From IMG/VR virus record IMGVR_UViG_3300047564_002270, positions 1-64,000 of that record: a stretch of DNA of 64,000 nucleotides; one strand, 5' to 3'. The DNA comes from a virus. How positions within the stretch are numbered: position 1 is the first letter of the stretch; each line of letters opens with the position of its first letter. Shown here one piece after another: positions 19,039 through 29,775 of this stretch. The notes below the pieces were generated by a model. That model was given only the letters and a program-made list of their open reading frames with translations, was not told the DNA's origin and ran no database searches. The position numbers were made by a program, and so were the translations under genes.

Positions 19039-21402
19039 ATGAGCAAAGCAATTCTTGAGGATAAGATCGGACCTCATCTTGGTCACGCTGCTGGTGACAC
19101 TGATGCTGAAAAGAAAGCATCTCAACTTGCATCAGATGTCAAGTATAAAGTTCGTCAAGAATTGGGGTCGGATACATCCCTCAATCCTGCTGAGATTGCT
19201 AAGAAGTATTTGCAGCAATTGGCAAAATCACCTGCTCCAGCAGCAGTGAAATTAATTGCTAAGAAAAAATTAGAAGGTTCTTCTACACCTTCATCTTCAT
19301 CAACTCCAGTTTCTGAGGAAGCGGGTGGAGATGATAGGGTATGGATTGTTGTAACAGACAAGAAGACTGGAAATACTTATCGCCGCAGTCTTAGAAAATC
19401 AACTGCCGAAAGGAAAATTGCAGATCTTCGTTCAAATCCAAACATTTCGAGAGTAGAAAGAACTTCATATCATCCTGACGATAAGGATGATGTTCAGGGA
19501 AAGAAAACTGCAAGAGTAAAAGCAGGTAAAGGTTTAGATCAAGATGGTGATGGTGACAAAGATTTTGCTGATGTAATGTCAGCAAGAATGCAAGCATCTG
19601 GAATGTCTAAGAATGCTGCAAACAAGAAAGTTGCTGATAAACCTTATAACAAAAAAGATGTTAAAGAAGGTTTCTCAAACTGGAGAAGTGACCTTATTGA
19701 AGTAGTTGATGATGACATTGCAAATCAAAAGAAAGGTGAAATCAAAGAGAAAAAGGTAGAAAATAAAATTACTATTAATCCTAATGTAGACCTCGGTGAA
19801 AAAATCAATCAGATGGGTGGAGAACTCATTGAAATGGTAGAAATTGATGAAGAACTTTCTTTTGAGGGAGTTCTTGATGAAATCTGTGATGCGGAGTTGG
19901 TCTTCCTTTCAAATGATATTATTGAGCAAGCAGTCGAAGAATTTTTCTTAGAGTGTATTGAAGAAGGATATGAGGTTAAAGATGTAGAAGAGATGCTTAT
20001 CGAGTCTCTTGATACTTCTTTAGAAATGATTTGTGAAGTATCTGATTCTTATTATGATTCTGCTGTTAAGACTTCTAAGAAAAATGCTTCTAAACTGAGA
20101 AGACAAAATAGAATTCAAAAGATCAAAGATACTGTAAAGAAAGTTGGTAAGGCAGTTTCGCATGGAGCGGGATATGTAGCAGGTAAAGCAGTATCTGTTG
20201 CCAAGAAAGTTGGTAGTGAAGTCAAGAAAGGGTATGAGGCAGCTAAAGATTCTGAAGAGACTTCATCTTCATCAGGAACCAGAAAACCACAACCATATCG
20301 TTACGCTAAAAAGGCAGAAAAGAAACCTGGGATTGCTTCTAGACTTGGTAGTGCTCTCAAGAGTGGTCTTAAGAGAGCTGTTAAGCACGGAGCTGCAGCA
20401 GTTTCAAGAGGAGCAAGAAATGTTGCTCGTTCTATGAGTGAAGAGAATATTCAAGAGGTTGCTCCTCCTGGGATGGAAGGAACTGTAAAGGCAATGAAGA
20501 AGCATAAGGATGAAATTGATAATCCTTATGCACTTGCTTGGTATATGAAGAAAAAGGGATATAAGAGCCATAAGACCAAGAGTGGTAAAGATGTAAAAGA
20601 AGCAGTTGGATCTTCTATGGCACAAAAGCAAGATCAAACTCAGGATATGCAGCAAAAGCAGCAACAGCAAAAGTTGCAGCAACAAAAACCAGATCCTGCA
20701 GATAGAAAACTTGCTTCTATTCAGAAAATGCAACTTGCCGCTAAACTAAAGCAAGTTCAGCAGGGAATTCCTCTGAAGGACTCTTATGAGATCGAAGAGG
20801 GTAGAGCAATGGGAAATGTCAGTTCTTCTGATACAAATCCAAGAGGTGCTGCAGTTAGAGCAAGTTCTGGTAGTGGAATGACGATGACTAAGGCTGCTGG
20901 TCTTGGCAAATCAAAGAGCACTGCTAATAATCCTGCTGCTGATGACTTAAGAAAAAAGTATTTTGATAAGCAGGCAAAAGCAGATCGTCGTGCTGCTGCT
21001 AAGGAAAGAGCAGCATCTGGTGATGATAGAGTTGGTAAACTAATTCGTTCGGTTCAGAACTCTCATTACACTCCAGAAGGTGAAATGGTTGACGAAGCAA
21101 GAGCAGAGGATAAGAGAGGTCTTACTCCTACAGGAGCACAAAGACAGAAACAAAAAACTGGTGTTGTAACTTCTTCTGGGCAAGTTGCTCATCCTGCAAC
21201 TTCTTACTCTGGAGGACAAAATCCTCATCTAAGAGGAAAGGGTGGTGGAAATAAAACTCAAAGAAGAGAAGCAAGTCGTAGATATGTAGATCAACCAGGT
21301 GGAGTTTATGCTAAACCTGAAAACAAACAGGGTTCTGGAAGATATGCTGCTATGCAATCTAAGAAGAGACAAAAACCTGACCTCGGGTCAAGGTTTGATT
21401 GA
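19039..21402 (+). CDS. large modular probable head-internal polyprotein
   Basis: alternating basic and acidic modules separated by [ILV]-x-E sites; DxDGDGD motif. Confidence 0.6.
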   Translation: MSKAILEDKIGPHLGHAAGDTDAEKKASQLASDVKYKVRQELGSDTSLNPAEIAKKYLQQLAKSPAPAAVKLIAKKKLEGSSTPSSSSTPVSEEAGGDDRVWIVVTDKKTGNTYRRSLRKSTAERKIADLRSNPNISRVERTSYHPDDKDDVQGKKTARVKAGKGLDQDGDGDKDFADVMSARMQASGMSKNAANKKVADKPYNKKDVKEGFSNWRSDLIEVVDDDIANQKKGEIKEKKVENKITINPNVDLGEKINQMGGELIEMVEIDEELSFEGVLDEICDAELVFLSNDIIEQAVEEFFLECIEEGYEVKDVEEMLIESLDTSLEMICEVSDSYYDSAVKTSKKNASKLRRQNRIQKIKDTVKKVGKAVSHGAGYVAGKAVSVAKKVGSEVKKGYEAAKDSEETSSSSGTRKPQPYRYAKKAEKKPGIASRLGSALKSGLKRAVKHGAAAVSRGARNVARSMSEENIQEVAPPGMEGTVKAMKKHKDEIDNPYALAWYMKKKGYKSHKTKSGKDVKEAVGSSMAQKQDQTQDMQQKQQQQKLQQQKPDPADRKLASIQKMQLAAKLKQVQQGIPLKDSYEIEEGRAMGNVSSSDTNPRGAAVRASSGSGMTMTKAAGLGKSKSTANNPAADDLRKKYFDKQAKADRRAAAKERAASGDDRVGKLIRSVQNSHYTPEGEMVDEARAEDKRGLTPTGAQRQKQKTGVVTSSGQVAHPATSYSGGQNPHLRGKGGGNKTQRREASRRYVDQPGGVYAKPENKQGSGRYAAMQSKKRQKPDLGSRFD

Positions 21403-21438
21403 TCTAAATAAGATAGGATAAATCACACGGAGGTCATT

Positions 21439-21624
21439 ATGTCTTTAGCAGCACTTATTGCTTTTTATAATGCAAATCAGGCGGCAATTCTTACCGTTCT
21501 TTTAATTGTTTCCGAATTTCTTGGTGCAAATCCAAAAATCAAAGCAAACGGTTTAGTATCATTTGTTCTTCAACAAATTCGCCAGAAGGCAGTTGAAGGT
21601 GGAGCAAAAGATCCAACTCCCTGA
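21439..21624 (+). CDS. small membrane protein (holin-like)
   Basis: GGAGG RBS; hydrophobic LLIVSEFLG..KANG. Confidence 0.5.
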   Translation: MSLAALIAFYNANQAAILTVLLIVSEFLGANPKIKANGLVSFVLQQIRQKAVEGGAKDPTP

Positions 21625-21717
21625 TATATACATATAACTTAATAAATCATGGGGAGATTTTGGACTCCCCATTTTTTATAAATATTCTTAGGCAAATTTA
21701 TAGTAAAGGTAACTAGA

Positions 21718-22254
21718 ATGGCACTCTGGGGAAATAGCACAACTGACGAATCCAGACCAAAGTGGTTGAGAGCAAACGATAATCCTGGAAATGATTTAAA
21801 TAACTGTTTTGCTGACGAAAGGGGATGGGTTCTTCGTCACCCTAATGGTTATGAAGAAGTCCTTGTTACCGTTAGTGGTCTTAGCACCAAGATTGGAAAT
21901 GCTACGATTGCTGGTGTATACTTCAATGCAGCATCTTATGCAAAGAATGCTACGGGAACCGTTGTTGTCAATTATAATGAGAAGGTAACTGTTTCCGGTG
22001 GTGCTACTATTGGAGTTGCTGGAACAACTACTGGAACAATTGTTGGAACTGCGGTTACTCAAACTGCTGTTCAGCAAGTTGCATTTACATTTACAGTTCC
22101 AAATACAACTCAAGTTCTGTCAATACGTCCTGGATCTATCGCTGGAACAATTGTTGATGCTATTGGTGGTGCAACATCAGATAAAGTATTTGTTAGTGGG
22201 GAAGTAAAGGGAGTAGGTGGAGTTGGTATAGTTACAACAATTAGCGTTGCTTGA
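21718..22254 (+). CDS. probable virion structural protein
   Basis: late promoter TATAAATA; MALWG N-terminus, GWV..EVLV; Thr/Gly/Val-rich. Confidence 0.65.
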   Translation: MALWGNSTTDESRPKWLRANDNPGNDLNNCFADERGWVLRHPNGYEEVLVTVSGLSTKIGNATIAGVYFNAASYAKNATGTVVVNYNEKVTVSGGATIGVAGTTTGTIVGTAVTQTAVQQVAFTFTVPNTTQVLSIRPGSIAGTIVDAIGGATSDKVFVSGEVKGVGGVGIVTTISVA

Positions 22255-22260
22255 TTATAA

Positions 22261-22653
22261 ATGATATTTAATGAACTGAATGAGGAGAATTTCCTCTTGT
22301 TTGCTATTAAAAACTATGAAAATCCTCAGGCAGTAACTAAGGAAGATTTTGATAAGGACTTAAATCATTTTAAGTATATCAAAAGACTTCTGAAAAGATA
22401 TCAAAAAACGGGAGAGTTGCGGGCACACCTTTTAATTAATCATTTTATTGTTCTTTACAATATATTTGGTGATGCCACAACTCCTATGTTATTTTATAAG
22501 ATTGAAAAAGATCTATGGTCTCCTATGAAAACTTTTATTATGTTTTTAAATAAGCTTCCTGAATTTCCTAAATGTTATATACATGAAATTGAGATTAATT
22601 TAGATTGTTTATCCCAACTTCAGAAAATTTATAATAAAAATGGAAAAGATTGA
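22261..22653 (+). CDS. conserved T4-like hypothetical protein
   Basis: FNELNEENFLLFAIKNY..FKYIKRLL..LINHFIVLYNIFG. Confidence 0.75.
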   Translation: MIFNELNEENFLLFAIKNYENPQAVTKEDFDKDLNHFKYIKRLLKRYQKTGELRAHLLINHFIVLYNIFGDATTPMLFYKIEKDLWSPMKTFIMFLNKLPEFPKCYIHEIEINLDCLSQLQKIYNKNGKD

Positions 22654-22879
22654 TAAGGTCATTAGTTGTTTTAGAAAACTAAATGAGGAAGGAATGGTGA
22701 CTGCATCAGTTCCTGTGAATAAAGTTGGGGACGGTGGATTTACTAGCAGGGCAGATCCAAAAGGACCAGTTGCTGGTCTTGATCCTGTTATGAGATTTGT
22801 GAGAAGAAAGAAAGTTGATTATAGGACGGTTCCAAATAATTATAAAAAATGGGTTAAAAACTTAGATAAGAAGTCCTAA
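22640..22879 (+). CDS. hypothetical protein
   Basis: 79-aa ORF with GPVAGLDP. Confidence 0.6.
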   Translation: MEKIDKVISCFRKLNEEGMVTASVPVNKVGDGGFTSRADPKGPVAGLDPVMRFVRRKKVDYRTVPNNYKKWVKNLDKKS

Positions 22880-22960
22880 ATTATAAATACTTATAAGTTT
22901 GATCTAAACAATTAGTTTTTCTGATAAGAGAATGGGTGGTCTTTCCAGATAACTAGAACC

Positions 22961-23386
22961 ATGTTTAATCCAAACGCTTCGGCAGATACTAAGATTGCTG
23001 TTCTTGAGGAACGCTTATCTGCATACGAATTAATGCTTAAAAGAATAGACGAAGCCATTCAGCTAGTAAGTAAGACCAATCAAAATATTAGTAAAATGCT
23101 GGCAGTTCATGAGGAAAGGATTGAGCAGTGCCACAAAGCAGATGACTATATTGGAAGGTTAGTTGAAGAGTTAAAACTTGAGAATAAAGATCAGCACGAA
23201 GCAGTATCTGAAAGAATTGATAAGATAGAAGAGGATGTTCAAGAGATAGGGAAAATAAAGTGGATGACTGTTGGATGTGGGGTTCTTCTGGCAGTTCTTA
23301 CTACCGCATTTTCTACTCTTGCTTCAGGATGGTGGACACCATCTGAAATGCAAATGCACAATGAGAAAACATTTAGGTCTAGATAA
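22961..23386 (+). CDS. coiled-coil protein with C-terminal TM helix (paralogue of 39135..39557)
   Basis: late promoter; IAVLEERL..HEERIE..KWMTVG..STLASGWWTP. Confidence 0.7.
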   Translation: MFNPNASADTKIAVLEERLSAYELMLKRIDEAIQLVSKTNQNISKMLAVHEERIEQCHKADDYIGRLVEELKLENKDQHEAVSERIDKIEEDVQEIGKIKWMTVGCGVLLAVLTTAFSTLASGWWTPSEMQMHNEKTFRSR

Positions 23387-23565
23387 ATATCAGGAAGAAT
23401 TGGCCAAACGCCAAATGAAAACGAAGAAAAAATTAACACTTTATAGTCTTCAAAAATTAACTAACTCAGTCATAAAGTGGACTGGAATTCTTTCGTTTTA
23501 CTGTAAAAAGAACCTTGACTGATCTGCTAATTCGTTCTAGAATACTACTACGTTAAATTTTGGTT

Positions 23566-24540
23566 ATGGATTTTGTAGATACTAAGTTCATTAGTATTCT
23601 TTCTCCACGTCTTCAGAAGTTCAAGAAAGTTAAAAATAATCTTTATAATTTTCGTTGTCCAATATGTGGAGATTCTCAGAAGAATAAAAATAGAGCTAGG
23701 GGATATTTTTATCAAGTTAAAAATAATTCAAATTTCAAATGCCATAATTGTGGTCTTAATATTTCTTTCAATAATTTCTTAAAACAAGTTGATGTAGAGT
23801 TACATAGGCAATACATTTTTGAAAAATTTAAAGAAGGAAATACTGGTAGAAATTTTCAAGCAGAGGAACCAGTTTTCAAATTTGATAAACCTAAATTTAA
23901 AACAACTTTAGATTTACCTAAAGCAGTAGAAAATGAAAAGGCAAAAGAATATCTTGAAAATAGAAAATTAAACCCTTATAAATTCTATTACACCGACAAA
24001 TTTAAGGAGTGGACTAATTCTAAAATAGAAACATTTGATAGGCAGAGTTTGAAATATGAAGAGGAAAGAATTATAATTCCTCTATACTATAATCAAGAAC
24101 TGGTTGGATTTCAGGGTAGAACACTTGGATCGAGCAGTATAAAATACATTACAATAATGCTAGATGAAAATGCACCAAAAATATATGGTCTCGATGAAAT
24201 TGAAAAAAGCAAAACTGTCTACATTACAGAAGGACCTTTTGATTCGACATTTATCACCAACTCGATTGCTATGTGTGGAGCTGATGGTGATCTTGATAAG
24301 TGGGGTATTAGCAATCGGGTTTGGATATATGACAACGAACCACGTAATAGAGACATCGTATCAAGAATCTCAAAATGCGTCGATAATGGTGAAAAGGTTG
24401 TAATATGGAATACTAATATTCATCAAAAGGATATTAATGATATGGTTTTATCTGGACTTGATGTTCAGAATGTGATAGAATTAAATACTTACTCTGGATT
24501 AGAAGCAAAACTTAAGTTTAATACCTGGAAAAAAATATGA
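23566..24540 (+). CDS. gp61: DNA primase gp61
   Basis: Zn finger CPICGDS..CHNCG, TOPRIM EGPFDS, DNEPRN and KDINDM. Confidence 0.95.
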   Translation: MDFVDTKFISILSPRLQKFKKVKNNLYNFRCPICGDSQKNKNRARGYFYQVKNNSNFKCHNCGLNISFNNFLKQVDVELHRQYIFEKFKEGNTGRNFQAEEPVFKFDKPKFKTTLDLPKAVENEKAKEYLENRKLNPYKFYYTDKFKEWTNSKIETFDRQSLKYEEERIIIPLYYNQELVGFQGRTLGSSSIKYITIMLDENAPKIYGLDEIEKSKTVYITEGPFDSTFITNSIAMCGADGDLDKWGISNRVWIYDNEPRNRDIVSRISKCVDNGEKVVIWNTNIHQKDINDMVLSGLDVQNVIELNTYSGLEAKLKFNTWKKI

Positions 24541-26834
24541 GCAACGGAACAAAAGTTAAAAAGCGCGATGGTCGAATTGAGTCTCTTGACTTAGACAAAA
24601 TGCATTTGATGGTTGAAGAGGCATGTAGGGGTCTTGCAGGAGTCTCTGCTAGTCAAGTTGAGATGACTTCTGGTATTCAGTTTTATGATGGAATTACTAC
24701 AGCAGAAATTCAAGAAATTCTTATTCGTTCTGCTTCTGATTTGATTAATTTGGATCACCCAAATTATCAATTTGTTGCCGCCCGTCTTCTTCTTTTTGCA
24801 GTTCGTAAGCAACTGTATGGGAAAATGAAAGAACTTCCAGATCTTGAGCATCACATTTATAATTGTGTTAATCAAGAGGTGTATGATAATGATATCTTTA
24901 ACAAATACTCCAAGGAAGAGATTGAACGCGCTAATTCTTATATTGACCATGACCGCGACTATCTTTTCACTTATGCGGGTTTACGCCAGGTAGTTGATAA
25001 GTATCTTGTTCAGGACAGAAGTTCTGGAGGTGTTTATGAGACTCCACAATTTATGTACATGATGATTGCTCTGACCATCTTTGCAGAGTATCCTAAAGAA
25101 ACCAGAATGTCATATGTTAAGAGGTATTATGACGCAATCTCCAAACACAAAATCAACATCCCAACCCCAATCATGGCAGGAGTGCGGACACCACTTCGAC
25201 AATTTGCTAGTTGTGTTCTTGTTGATGTTGATGACACCCTCGATTCTATCTTTAGCAGTGATATGGCTATTGGCAGATATGTCGCACAAAGGGCGGGTAT
25301 CGGTATCAACGCAGGTCGCATCCGTGGCATCAACAGCAAAATCAGAGGTGGAGAAGTTCAACACACTGGTGTTGTACCGTTTCTCAAAAAGTTTGAAGCG
25401 ACTGTCAGATGTTGCACGCAAAATGGCATACGAGGTGGATCCGCGACAGTCCACTTCCCAATCTGGCACCAAGAAATAGAAGATATTTTGGTTCTTAAAA
25501 ATAATAAAGGTACTGAGGACAACCGTGTTAGAAAACTTGACTACAGCATTCAGATCAGTAAACTCTTTTATGAGAGGTTCATTCAGGATGGTGAGATCTC
25601 GCTTTTCTCCCCACATGATGTACCTGGACTTTATGATATCTTTGGACTCTCTGGTTTTGATGAACTATACGTTTCATATGAGAAAGATCCGACCATTAAG
25701 AAAAAAACTGTTAAAGCGCAAGAACTTATTCTCAACCTCCTTAAAGAACGTGCGGAAACTGGTCGTATCTACTTAATGAATATTGACCATTGTAATTCTC
25801 ACTCTTCCTTTAAGGATAAGGTGAATATGAGTAATCTTTGTCAGGAGATCACACTTCCAACAGATCCTATTCAACATATTGATGACAATATAGGAGAGAT
25901 TGCTCTCTGCATTCTTTCTGCTATTAATGTCGGTAAAGTAAAGTCTGATGAAGAACTTGAGGAACTTTGTGAACTTTCTGTTCGTGGATTGGAAGAACTC
26001 ATCGACTATCAAAAGTATCCCGTATTGGCGGCAGAAATCGCCACGAAGGCACGTCGTTCTCTTGGAGTAGGGTTTATTGGTCTTGCTCACTATTTGGCAA
26101 AACTTGGGTTCAACTATGATTCCCAAGAAGCATGGGACGCTGTTCATGGTCTTTCTGAGTCTTTCCAATACTATCTTCTGAAGGCATCTAACCAACTTGC
26201 TAAAGAAAAGGGATATTGTGAATACTTTGGTCGCACTAAGTATGCTGATGGCATTCTTCCTATTGATACATACAAAAAAGAAGTAGACGAAATCTCATCC
26301 ATTAAACTTCAGCATGATTGGGAAAATCTTAGAGCATCGATCTTGGCTCACGGTCTCAGGCACTCAACACTGTCCGCACAAATGCCTTCGGAGAGCAGTT
26401 CCGTTGTGTCAAATGCAACAAATGGAATTGAACCGCCTAGGGGATACTTGTCCATTAAGAAATCCAAGAAAGGACCTCTCAAGCAGATTGTCCCTCAATA
26501 TCAATCTCTTAAGAACAATTATACGCTTCTTTGGGATATGGAGTCCAATCGTGGTTATATTAATATTGTTGCTATGATGCAGAAGTTTTTTGATCAAGCG
26601 ATTTCTGGAAATTGGTCTTATAATCCTGAAAATTACCCTGACAATGAAGTCCCAGTTTCTGTAATGGCAAATGATTTCTTAACTACATACAAGATGGGAT
26701 GGAAAACGTCCTACTATCAGAATACTTATGATATTAAGACTGATGAGGTAGTGGAAGAGAAACCCAATCTTCAAGATTTGCTAAGTGAGTTAAGTTCAGT
26801 AGAGGAGGGGGAGTGTGAATCCTGTGCAGTTTAA
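24537..26834 (+). CDS. nrdA: ribonucleotide reductase class Ia alpha subunit
   Basis: ATP cone VKKRDG, PTPIMAG, SNLCQEI and MPSESSS. Confidence 0.97.
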   Translation: MSNGTKVKKRDGRIESLDLDKMHLMVEEACRGLAGVSASQVEMTSGIQFYDGITTAEIQEILIRSASDLINLDHPNYQFVAARLLLFAVRKQLYGKMKELPDLEHHIYNCVNQEVYDNDIFNKYSKEEIERANSYIDHDRDYLFTYAGLRQVVDKYLVQDRSSGGVYETPQFMYMMIALTIFAEYPKETRMSYVKRYYDAISKHKINIPTPIMAGVRTPLRQFASCVLVDVDDTLDSIFSSDMAIGRYVAQRAGIGINAGRIRGINSKIRGGEVQHTGVVPFLKKFEATVRCCTQNGIRGGSATVHFPIWHQEIEDILVLKNNKGTEDNRVRKLDYSIQISKLFYERFIQDGEISLFSPHDVPGLYDIFGLSGFDELYVSYEKDPTIKKKTVKAQELILNLLKERAETGRIYLMNIDHCNSHSSFKDKVNMSNLCQEITLPTDPIQHIDDNIGEIALCILSAINVGKVKSDEELEELCELSVRGLEELIDYQKYPVLAAEIATKARRSLGVGFIGLAHYLAKLGFNYDSQEAWDAVHGLSESFQYYLLKASNQLAKEKGYCEYFGRTKYADGILPIDTYKKEVDEISSIKLQHDWENLRASILAHGLRHSTLSAQMPSESSSVVSNATNGIEPPRGYLSIKKSKKGPLKQIVPQYQSLKNNYTLLWDMESNRGYINIVAMMQKFFDQAISGNWSYNPENYPDNEVPVSVMANDFLTTYKMGWKTSYYQNTYDIKTDEVVEEKPNLQDLLSELSSVEEGECESCAV

Positions 26835-28005
26835 AATTTCTTCCGTAGAAGAACCACAAACAACTATTAAAGGAATGACCGTATTTAATACAGATAAAGT
26901 TGATACCAAAAAACAACCTATGTTTTTTGGACAACCTCTAGGAGTTCAAAGATACGATTCATACAAATATCCAATCTTCGATAAACTAACGACACAACAA
27001 CTTGGTTACTTCTGGAGACCCGAAGAGGTGTCTCTCCAGAAGGATCGTGGGGATTATCATACCCTTCGCCCTGAACAGAAGCATATCTATACTTCTAATT
27101 TGAAGTATCAGATCATGCTTGATTCAGTTCAGGGTCGTGGTCCTGGAATGGCATTTATCCCATATTGCTCCCTTCCTGAATTGGAAGCATGTATGGAAGT
27201 ATGGGGATTTATGGAAATGATCCATAGCCGTTCTTACACTTATATTATCAAAAACATTTATTCAGATCCATCTGAAGTGTTTGACACTATTATTGGTGAT
27301 GAGCGTATTCTGGAACGTGCTAAGAGCGTTACAGAGTCTTATGATGACTTTATTAATTCTGCACAAAGTTATGGTACATCTAATGATTGGATGTATAGAC
27401 TTGAAGGAGTCACAAACGCAAAGGAAACACTCAATGATGTCAAACGAAAACTGTATAGAGCAGTCGCAAACGTTAATATTCTTGAAGGTATTCGCTTTTA
27501 CGTTAGTTTTGCTTGTTCTTTCGCTTTTGGTGAACTTAAGCTTATGGAAGGATCCGCTAAAATCATTAGTCTCATCGCAAGGGACGAAAACCAACACCTA
27601 GCACTTACTCAGAACATTCTGAACAAGTGGAGGGATGGCGATGATCCTGAAATGCAGAAGATTATGAAAGAAGAGGAGGAGTGGACATATAAGATGTTTG
27701 ATCGTGCTGTAAATGAAGAAAAGAAATGGGCAGATTATCTGTTCAAAGATGGAAGCATGATTGGTCTTAATGATAAACTTCTTCAGCAATATGTTGAATG
27801 GATTGCAAATCGTAGACTTAAGGCAATAGGTCTTAAACCTCAGTATGATATTTCGGCAAATAATAATCCACTTCCTTGGACCCAGCATTGGATTTCCTCT
27901 AAGGGACTTCAGGTTGCTCCACAAGAAACGGAAGTTGAGTCCTACGTAGTCGGAGGAATCAAACAAGATGTTACCAAAAATACTTTCTCAGGATTCAAAC
28001 TATGA
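26815..28005 (+). CDS. nrdB: ribonucleotide reductase class Ia beta subunit
   Basis: FWRPEEV, EMIHSRSY, RDENQH and VAPQETEVESY. Confidence 0.97.
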   Translation: MNPVQFKISSVEEPQTTIKGMTVFNTDKVDTKKQPMFFGQPLGVQRYDSYKYPIFDKLTTQQLGYFWRPEEVSLQKDRGDYHTLRPEQKHIYTSNLKYQIMLDSVQGRGPGMAFIPYCSLPELEACMEVWGFMEMIHSRSYTYIIKNIYSDPSEVFDTIIGDERILERAKSVTESYDDFINSAQSYGTSNDWMYRLEGVTNAKETLNDVKRKLYRAVANVNILEGIRFYVSFACSFAFGELKLMEGSAKIISLIARDENQHLALTQNILNKWRDGDDPEMQKIMKEEEEWTYKMFDRAVNEEKKWADYLFKDGSMIGLNDKLLQQYVEWIANRRLKAIGLKPQYDISANNNPLPWTQHWISSKGLQVAPQETEVESYVVGGIKQDVTKNTFSGFKL

Positions 28006-28155
28006 TGAATGGTGTGAGCAGGAAATTCTAAACGCATATAAAGAAGCTGCAGAACATGATGATTTTTTGTTTGGAAATCTTGATTATTGTAAAATTTGGT
28101 TAGATGCAACTGACTAATGCAATATACATAGAGGAGTTCTTGCTCCTCTTTTTTT

Positions 28156-28317
28156 ATGCCTAAAAATCAACTTAATAAAGAAGAACTTAAAGTTCGTATC
28201 CTAAAACTTAAGGATAGGCTTCATAAAGAGCATATTCGTCCAGAGATGGATATGAAAGGACTTGCCCATAAATACCTTAACGAAGTCCTTGATGTGATTG
28301 ATGAGTATAGATATTGA
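28156..28317 (+). CDS. small hypothetical protein (53 aa)
   Basis: MPKNQLNKEELKVRILKLK..AHKYLNEVLD, translated by hand. Confidence 0.55.
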   Translation: MPKNQLNKEELKVRILKLKDRLHKEHIRPEMDMKGLAHKYLNEVLDVIDEYRY

Positions 28318-28744
28318 CTATGAGAACCCTTGGGTCTATAATGGAGTTCCTTTTAACTCGGACGATATACAAGATTTTTTTGGTTTTGTTTATCTTATCC
28401 AGAATAATCTTAATAGCAGGAGATATATTGGCAGGAAGTATTTCTGGCAGTTTAGAACTCCTAAAGGTAAAAAAAGGAAAGTAAAATCAGAATCAAATTG
28501 GAAGGATTACTATGGGTCTTGCCCGGAACTTAAAGAGGACATTGTCAAAGTTGGCAGAGAAAATTTTAGTAGAACTATCTTATCATTACATAAAACAAAG
28601 GGCAAAACAAACTTTGAGGAGACCCGACGACTCTTCACCAATAATGTCCTCACCGAATCCCTTGACAACGGAGATCCAGCATTCTACAATAGCAACATCC
28701 TCAACCGATACTTCCGAAAAGATTACTATGGAAACTCAGATTGA
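28301..28744 (+). CDS. GIY-YIG family endonuclease
   Basis: GFVYLIQN..RYIGRK; YYGS; FYNSNI. Confidence 0.8.
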   Translation: MSIDIDYENPWVYNGVPFNSDDIQDFFGFVYLIQNNLNSRRYIGRKYFWQFRTPKGKKRKVKSESNWKDYYGSCPELKEDIVKVGRENFSRTILSLHKTKGKTNFEETRRLFTNNVLTESLDNGDPAFYNSNILNRYFRKDYYGNSD

Positions 28745-28946
28745 AAGCCAGTCTGTGGCACAAGTGCGCGATTGGGCAATTCAAAAGATCGAATTGCTTC
28801 ACGAAGCAGATCGGCATAAAAATGCCAGGGCACTTGCTGCAGAATTTGATGAGTGGATTAATCTTCCAGAAGATAAAGAAGAACTTGAATATCTTTGTCT
28901 TGAGGATACTGAATGGACCGACGATCAAGAGATTGATATTCGGTAA
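28728..28946 (+). CDS. hypothetical protein
   Basis: METQIE.. acidic 72-aa ORF. Confidence 0.55.
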   Translation: METQIESQSVAQVRDWAIQKIELLHEADRHKNARALAAEFDEWINLPEDKEELEYLCLEDTEWTDDQEIDIR

Positions 28947-29127
28947 TTCAAGTTCTTGACAAGCAATAAATATTAGATTATTATGTTAAAATTCCAAAAA
29001 GGAATCCCCGTTATGAGCGGGGTTTTTTAATTATGAGTCTTTGATATTGATTTAGAGCCGTGGGCGCTGCCCCTGAGAAGGGGAAACTCTCCTTTGCCTA
29101 TACGGATGTAGAGTTCAAATTAACTAA

Positions 29128-29775
29128 ATGCTTAAAAACCTAACAAATGTAACCGTAGCTCTTTTAGGTGCGGTTGCAACATCAGCGGCAACACTGCCAG
29201 CACCGAGTATGGCAACAACTTCAGCACTACAACCACCATTTGTAATTGTTCCTGAAGGCCCTACTCAAGAGACAGAGACCAAAGAGGTTGTTCCCGAAAA
29301 ACCTAAAGTAAAACGATTAGTTTGTAAAGGATGTAATACTAATGAGTCCCGAGCACTGGAATTTCTCCAAGATCGTGGAATCACTGACAAAAACGCCCTA
29401 GCAACCATTATGGGCAATATTCGCCAAGAATCTACCTTCATTCCCAACATATGTGAAGGTGGTGCCAGAGTGCCTTATAGTGGGTGTAGAAGTGGTGGTT
29501 ATGGTCTTATCCAATGGACCAATGCTCCTCGTTTTTATGGACTAGGAGCACATGCTGCCCGTATTGGGGCAAGTCCTTCCTCAATGGACGCGCAACTTGA
29601 TTACATGTTGAATGAAGGTGATTGGAAGATGATTGAGGACAAAATGAAAACACCTGGCAAATCCATTAATGATTATATGAGACTTGCTAAAATGTGGATT
29701 CGTTGGGGACATCATGGAGCAAGAACTGATTTTGCTTATGGTTATGCAAATCGTCTTGTTCTAACTGAAGTCTAA
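29128..29775 (+). CDS. phage tail-type lysozyme (Phage_lysozyme2-like) with signal peptide
   Basis: ATIMGNIRQES, GYGLIQWT and QLDYML. Confidence 0.8.
   Translation: MLKNLTNVTVALLGAVATSAATLPAPSMATTSALQPPFVIVPEGPTQETETKEVVPEKPKVKRLVCKGCNTNESRALEFLQDRGITDKNALATIMGNIRQESTFIPNICEGGARVPYSGCRSGGYGLIQWTNAPRFYGLGAHAARIGASPSSMDAQLDYMLNEGDWKMIEDKMKTPGKSINDYMRLAKMWIRWGHHGARTDFAYGYANRLVLTEV

Noticed and set aside
9791-28005. Introns or inteins in gp43, gp41, nrdA or nrdB
   Set aside because: The ORFs are continuous and of normal length.
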